Below, in pieces: positions 59,673-64,000 of a stretch of 64,000 nt of DNA (positions are counted from its first letter, which is position 1; each line of letters opens with the position of its first letter). This DNA comes from an uncultured Bacillota bacterium (GTDB lineage Bacteria > Bacillota_I > Bacilli_A > RF39 > UBA660): the NCBI GenBank assembly GCA_905212975.1, contig CAJMGO010000002.1:27873-91872 (forward strand). The letters run 5' to 3'. Under the pieces are notes generated by a model. That model was not told the DNA's origin. It did no database searches and saw only the letters and a list, made by a program, of their open reading frames with translations. A program made the translations under genes and the position numbers.

Positions 59673-61322
59673 ATGATAAACATGAATTTTAGAGATTTAG
59701 AAATACAAAAATTTCCAAATAATACATCGTTGGAAGAAATAAGTAAAAACTATTCAAAATACTTTAATTATCCAATATTAATAGGCCAATTAGATAATGA
59801 TATAGTAGAATTATCTGAATTAGTTGGAAGAAGCCATAAAGTTGAATTTTTTGATAGAAGTAGTAGTTTAGGTAATAGTGTTTATGGAACAACATTACAA
59901 TTTTTAGTTATTTTAGGAGCTAAAAGAGCTTTTGGAGATGATACGGAAGTATTAATAGAACATTCAATAGATAAAGGTTTTTATTGTGAAATAATAAAAG
60001 AAAACTTTAAAAAAGAAGATATTAAAGAATTAGAAAATAAAATGAAGAATATAGTAAAAGAAAATATACAAATAGACAAATTATCTGTATCTAGATTAGA
60101 TGCAATAAAGTACTTTGAAAATAAAAATCAATTAGATAAAGTTAAAGTTTTAAAGTATATAAGTAATACATATATAAATTTATATAAAGTAGATGATACA
60201 TATGATTATTTTTATGGTAAGTTAGCAAGCACTACAGGAGTAATAGATGATTTTAAATTAACTTATATTAAGAATAATGGTTTCGTAGTAAGTTATCCTT
60301 CTGTATATAATCCAGAATGTACATTAGATTATGTTCATCATGAAATGCTATTTGAAAAATTTTTAGATTATACAAAATGGGGTAGAAAGATTAAAATAAG
60401 TAATGGTGCTGATTTGAATGAAGTTGTTTCAAAGGGAAATTATAATGAGTTAATACAAATAGCAGAAACATATTATAATAGTCAATTATCTAAGATAGCT
60501 GATGAAATAGAAGAAAATAAAGATATAAGAATTGTTTTAATTTCTGGGCCATCATCATCAGGGAAAACTACAAGTTCAAAAAAACTAAGTATTCAACTTA
60601 AAAGTAGAGGTATAAATACATATCCAATATCCATAGATGATTATTTCTTTGATAGAGAAAAAACTCCAAAAGATAAAAATGGAAAATTAGATACAGAAAG
60701 TTTAAATGCAGTAGATGTAACTTTATTTAATAAGCATTTAACTAAATTATTAAATGGTGAAACAGTAGAACTTCCAGAATATAATTTTGTAGCAGGAAAA
60801 AGAGAATATAATGGAAGAAGAGTAAAATTAGAAAAAAAAGATATAATAGTAATTGAAGGATTACATGGACTTAATGATGAATTAACTTTATCAATTGATA
60901 GAAAACAAAAATTTAAAATATATATTAGTCCTTTGACCCAACTTAATATAGATAATCACAATAGAATACATACAAGTGATACTAGAAAATTAAGAAGAAT
61001 AGTAAGGGATAATAGAAATAGAGGACATAATGCATCACAAACACTTGCTAAATGGAAAGAAATAAGAGAAGGCGAAGAAAAATATATATTCCCATATCAA
61101 GACGAGGCAGACGTTATTATAAATTCTGCATTAGTTTATGAAATTGGAGTATTAAAAACATATGTTGAACCTTTATTATTTAATGTAAGTGAGAATGATC
61201 CTATGTATCCAGAAGCAATAAGGTTAATTAATTTACTTAGAAATTTTTTACCTATACCTAGTGAAGATGTACCTAAAGATTCACTTTTAAGAGAATTTAT
61301 AGGTAGAAGTTGTTTTGAATAA
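59673..61322 (+). CDS. Uridine-kinase-family nucleoside kinase with an N-terminal extension (549 aa)
   Basis: P-loop [11 protein letters not shown] and a Udk/PRK-like C-terminal half. The N-terminal ~270 aa resemble the accessory domain on long clostridial 'uridine kinase' proteins. Confidence 0.6.
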   Translation: MINMNFRDLEIQKFPNNTSLEEISKNYSKYFNYPILIGQLDNDIVELSELVGRSHKVEFFDRSSSLGNSVYGTTLQFLVILGAKRAFGDDTEVLIEHSIDKGFYCEIIKENFKKEDIKELENKMKNIVKENIQIDKLSVSRLDAIKYFENKNQLDKVKVLKYISNTYINLYKVDDTYDYFYGKLASTTGVIDDFKLTYIKNNGFVVSYPSVYNPECTLDYVHHEMLFEKFLDYTKWGRKIKISNGADLNEVVSKGNYNELIQIAETYYNSQLSKIADEIEENKDIRIVLISGPSSSGKTTSSKKLSIQLKSRGINTYPISIDDYFFDREKTPKDKNGKLDTESLNAVDVTLFNKHLTKLLNGETVELPEYNFVAGKREYNGRRVKLEKKDIIVIEGLHGLNDELTLSIDRKQKFKIYISPLTQLNIDNHNRIHTSDTRKLRRIVRDNRNRGHNASQTLAKWKEIREGEEKYIFPYQDEADVIINSALVYEIGVLKTYVEPLLFNVSENDPMYPEAIRLINLLRNFLPIPSEDVPKDSLLREFIGRSCFE

Positions 61323-61345
61323 TAAATTGTATAAGGAGAGATTAA

Positions 61346-62353
61346 ATGATAAAAGTAGCAATAAATGGATTTGGTAGAATAGGAAGATTAGTTTTTAGAA
61401 TAATGGAAGAAAATCCTAATTTTGAAGTTGTAGCAATCAATGATTTAACAGATGCAGAACAGTTAGCTTACCTTTTGAAATATGATACAAATCATAGAAA
61501 TTATAGGGTAGATGAAATAAGTTTTGAAGGAAATGAAATAATTGTTGGGAAAAGAAGGATTAGAGTTTATTCAGAAACTAATCCAGAGAATTTGCCTTGG
61601 GGTGAATTAAATATAGACGAAGTATTTGAATGTACTGGAAGATTTACAAACAAAGAAGATGCATATGCTCATATAAAAGCAGGTGCTAAAAAGGTAATTA
61701 TTTCTGCTCCTGCAAAGGGAGATTTAAAAACTATTGTATTTAATGTAAATGAAGATACATTAGATGGAAATGAAGAGGTAATAAGTGGAGCAAGTTGTAC
61801 AACAAATTGTTTAGCTCCTGTTTTAAATGTAATTGAAAAAAATATCGGAATAGAAAAAGGTTATATGACAACTGTTCATGCATATACAAATGATCAAGCA
61901 ACACTTGATATAGCACATAAAAAAGGTATTAATGCAAGACGTGGAAGAGCATGTGCAGCAAACATAGTTCCAACTTCAACTGGAGCAGCAAGTGCTATTG
62001 GATTAGTAATACCATCACTTAAAGGAAAATTGGATGGTGGAGCCCTTAGAGTTCCTACACCAACAGGTTCTGTTATTGATTTAACACTTGAATTAAAAAG
62101 AAATACAACAGAGGAAGAAATAAATAATTTATTTAAAGATAATATAAATGATACATTAGGATTTACAATGGATCCAATTGTTTCAAGTGACGTAATAGGT
62201 TCACATAAAGGCGGAATAGTAGATGGACAATTAACTAAGGTATTAGAAGTTAATGGAAAACAATTAGTTAAAATTATTGCCTGGTATGACAATGAAATGA
62301 GTTATTCAGCTCAAATGGTAAGAACAGCAGAATATTTAGGAAAATTTCTATAA
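61346..62353 (+). CDS. gap: Glyceraldehyde-3-phosphate dehydrogenase (type I)
   Basis: INGFGRIGR NAD-binding motif and ASCTTNCLAP (catalytic Cys). 335 aa. Confidence 0.92.
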   Translation: MIKVAINGFGRIGRLVFRIMEENPNFEVVAINDLTDAEQLAYLLKYDTNHRNYRVDEISFEGNEIIVGKRRIRVYSETNPENLPWGELNIDEVFECTGRFTNKEDAYAHIKAGAKKVIISAPAKGDLKTIVFNVNEDTLDGNEEVISGASCTTNCLAPVLNVIEKNIGIEKGYMTTVHAYTNDQATLDIAHKKGINARRGRACAANIVPTSTGAASAIGLVIPSLKGKLDGGALRVPTPTGSVIDLTLELKRNTTEEEINNLFKDNINDTLGFTMDPIVSSDVIGSHKGGIVDGQLTKVLEVNGKQLVKIIAWYDNEMSYSAQMVRTAEYLGKFL

Positions 62354-62390
62354 AAGCAAACTTTTAATGGTTTGCTTTTTTTCTTTTTTT
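62354..62390 (+). terminator. Rho-independent terminator after gap
   Basis: AAGCAAAC-ttttaatg-GTTTGCTT followed by a run of 13 T-rich nt. Confidence 0.65.
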
Positions 62391-62511
62391 TATTTTTATA
62401 TACATATTTTTATTATTTTTAACAAATGTATATATGATATAAAAAATTAGTTATTTTTAATAAAATGAATAATGTGATATATTTTACTCGTAAAAGGTAG
62501 AAAGGAGATAT

Positions 62512-62721
62512 ATGAATAAAAGTTTAAATACAGAAGCACTAATATGGAAAAGAATATTAGAAACAGAAGATTTACAAGAACTAGAAATGTTGTTACGTCT
62601 TGTGCTTACAGATGAAGAATCAATACAATTAATACTTAATAAGGTAAAAAATTATAACAATAATGATATACAAATTAACTTGACAATAAGCAATTGTAAT
62701 AATAAAAAAATAGAACAATAA
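62512..62721 (+). CDS. Hypothetical small protein (69 aa)
   Basis: GAAAGGAG Shine-Dalgarno sequence. No family recognised. Confidence 0.35.
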   Translation: MNKSLNTEALIWKRILETEDLQELEMLLRLVLTDEESIQLILNKVKNYNNNDIQINLTISNCNNKKIEQ

Positions 62722-62769
62722 GTTTATATTATAAAAGGTAAATATAAGTAAACCTTATGTTTATATATC

Positions 62770-62798
62770 TTGACTATAAACGTAAATAATAGTATCAT
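62770..62798 (+). promoter_or_regulatory. Sigma-A promoter TTGACT, 17-nt spacer, TATCAT for glyQS
   Basis: -35 at 62770-75 and -10 at 62793-98. The leader is too short for a T-box element. Confidence 0.5.
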
Positions 62799-62880
62799 AT
62801 AAATGAAATTATAATTGGTTTTAATACATAATTAAGTATATTAATTAATACCTAATTTCTTATTTTGGAAAGGTGATATA

Positions 62881-64000
62881 ATGGAAAAACTAACTCAAGA
62901 AAAATTAGTGAATTTATGCAAACAATATGGATATATATTTCAAGGAAGTGAAATATATGGTGGTCTTGCAAATACATGGGATTATGGTCCACTTGGAGTG
63001 GAACTTAAAAATAATATAAAAAAATGTTGGTGGAAAAGATTTGTGGATGAAAAAAATAATTCTTATGGATTAGATGCGGCTATTCTTATGAATCCAGAAG
63101 TATGGGTAGCATCTGGGCATGTTAGTAGTTTCTCAGATCCGTTAATAGATTGTAAAAAGTGTAAATCTAGACATCGTGCAGATAAATTAATTGAAGAATT
63201 TACAAATGGAGAAGAAACAGCAGATGGTTGGGATAACGAAAAAATAGAACAATACATAAAAGATAATAAAATAAAATGTCCAAAATGTGGAGAAACAGAT
63301 TTTACAAATATAAGACAATTTAATTTGCTATTTGAAACTCATATGGGAGTTACAGAAGATACAAAAAGTAAAGTTTATTTGCGTGGAGAAACGGCTCAAG
63401 GAATATTTGTAAATTTCTTAAATGTACAAAGAACAATGAGGGCAAAAGTTCCATTTGGTATAGGACAAATAGGAAAAGCATTTAGAAATGAGATAACACC
63501 AGGAAATTTTATATTTAGAACAAGAGAATTTGAACAAATGGAATATGAATTTTTTTGCAAGCCAGGAGAAGATTTGAAATGGTTTGAATATTATCAAGAT
63601 TATTGTATGAAATTTTTAAATGATCTTGGAATAAATAATGAGAACCTAAGACTTAGAAAACATAAACCAGAAGAGTTAGTTTTTTATAGTAAAGGAACCA
63701 CTGATATAGAATATAAATATCCACAAGGTTGGGGAGAATTATGGGGTATTGCTGATAGAACGGATTACGATTTAACAGTTCATTCAAATCATTCTAAAAC
63801 AGATTTATTATACTTAGATCCAGATACAAATGAAAAATATACTCCATATGTTATAGAACCATCAGTAGGTTGTGATAGACTTTTACTTGCAGTATTGGCA
63901 GATGCATACAGTGAAGAAAAACTTGAAGATGGTACTACAAGAGAAGTAATGAGATTTGTTCCAGCACTAGCGCCTTACAAAGTGGCAGTACTTCCTTTAA
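62881..64000 (+). CDS. glyQS: Glycine--tRNA ligase (alpha2 type), 3' end outside the window
   Basis: AAAGGTGA Shine-Dalgarno sequence before ATG 62881. Translation [47 protein letters not shown] matches class II GlyRS. The frame is open to the window end. Confidence 0.85.
   Translation, partial: MEKLTQEKLVNLCKQYGYIFQGSEIYGGLANTWDYGPLGVELKNNIKKCWWKRFVDEKNNSYGLDAAILMNPEVWVASGHVSSFSDPLIDCKKCKSRHRADKLIEEFTNGEETADGWDNEKIEQYIKDNKIKCPKCGETDFTNIRQFNLLFETHMGVTEDTKSKVYLRGETAQGIFVNFLNVQRTMRAKVPFGIGQIGKAFRNEITPGNFIFRTREFEQMEYEFFCKPGEDLKWFEYYQDYCMKFLNDLGINNENLRLRKHKPEELVFYSKGTTDIEYKYPQGWGELWGIADRTDYDLTVHSNHSKTDLLYLDPDTNEKYTPYVIEPSVGCDRLLLAVLADAYSEEKLEDGTTREVMRFVPALAPYKVAVLPL

Noticed and set aside
59555-59683. 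N-terminal 43-aa extension of the clpP ORF as tracked
   Set aside because: The extension ([13 protein letters not shown]...) has no counterpart in ClpP proteins. A GTG with a GAGAGGGTG Shine-Dalgarno sequence gives the canonical [10 protein letters not shown]-terminus.
61894-62292. 132-aa antisense ORF inside gap
   Set aside because: Lies within the highly conserved GAPDH coding sequence.
62722-62880. T-box leader upstream of glyQS
   Set aside because: Only about 80 nt separate the promoter from the start codon. No specifier or antiterminator structure can fit.

Overview
This is a low-GC (about 25-27% GC) region from an endospore-forming Firmicute, probably a member of the Clostridia. The support is an intact pro-sigma-K gene and an AT-rich codon bias. 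Gene density is high on both strands and there are no rRNA or tRNA genes and no CRISPR array. From left to right the window holds six blocks. (1) Positions 1-6615 are core genes in unusual order: the 3' part of nusA, then ylxR, infB, ffh, a pgsA-like CDP-alcohol phosphatidyltransferase and an HExxH protein. (2) Positions ~6.6-15.6 kb are a roughly 9 kb integrative element without phage structural genes, i.e. IME- or satellite-like. Reading left to right it carries two small ORFs, a TTG-initiated HTH gene, a DnaB-C-terminal-like P-loop ATPase, a Rep-like initiator, an excisionase-like HTH ORF, a zinc-ribbon membrane protein, a lipoprotein, an XRE regulator, two unknown cargo genes, and a large serine recombinase at its right edge. 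It is followed by a ~100-bp direct-repeat pair that brackets a 2.1-kb module (an XRE gene plus two zinc-ribbon membrane proteins), ending at the 3' end of a 76-aa Cys-rich ORF just upstream of a magnesium-translocating P-type ATPase (mgtA). (3) Positions 20.6-25.2 kb carry an MraZ-like regulator with an unknown partner, a tandem array of three Tim44-like/zinc-ribbon paralogues whose 5' ends are near-identical at the DNA level, and an ASCH-NERD gene pair. (4) Positions 25.3-42.0 kb are a Wzx/Wzy-dependent surface-polysaccharide locus of 14 genes. It includes an initiating phosphoglycosyl transferase, DUF4422, two GT4 and one GT2 glycosyltransferases, a large HAD-like protein, Wzy, Glf, Wzx, an ATP-grasp enzyme, an SDR epimerase, a DegT aminotransferase, GalE, and a nucleotidyltransferase fused to a PLP-fold domain. 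Internal terminators and extended -10 promoters divide it into at least three transcription units. (5) Positions 42-62 kb are housekeeping and sporulation genes: vanZ-like, a DUF1016 nuclease gene interrupted by an in-frame TAG, a DUF3048 lipoprotein, parE-parC, yneF, a VanY-like M15 carboxypeptidase, trxB, a Bro-N/DinD-like gene, sigK, DUF1848, an LCP-family gene, clpP, a long uridine-kinase-like gene and gap. (6) The 5' part of glyQS runs off the window end. Zinc-ribbon membrane protein genes of one recurring type occur five times across the window. The strongest candidates for something undescribed are the two unknown cargo genes inside the element (11620..12979), the direct-repeat-bounded module next to the serine recombinase, the Tim44-like/zinc-ribbon paralogue array, and the nucleotidyltransferase-PLP fusion together with the HAD-like protein in the polysaccharide locus. 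All product calls rest on motifs I recognise in the translations. None has been checked against a database.
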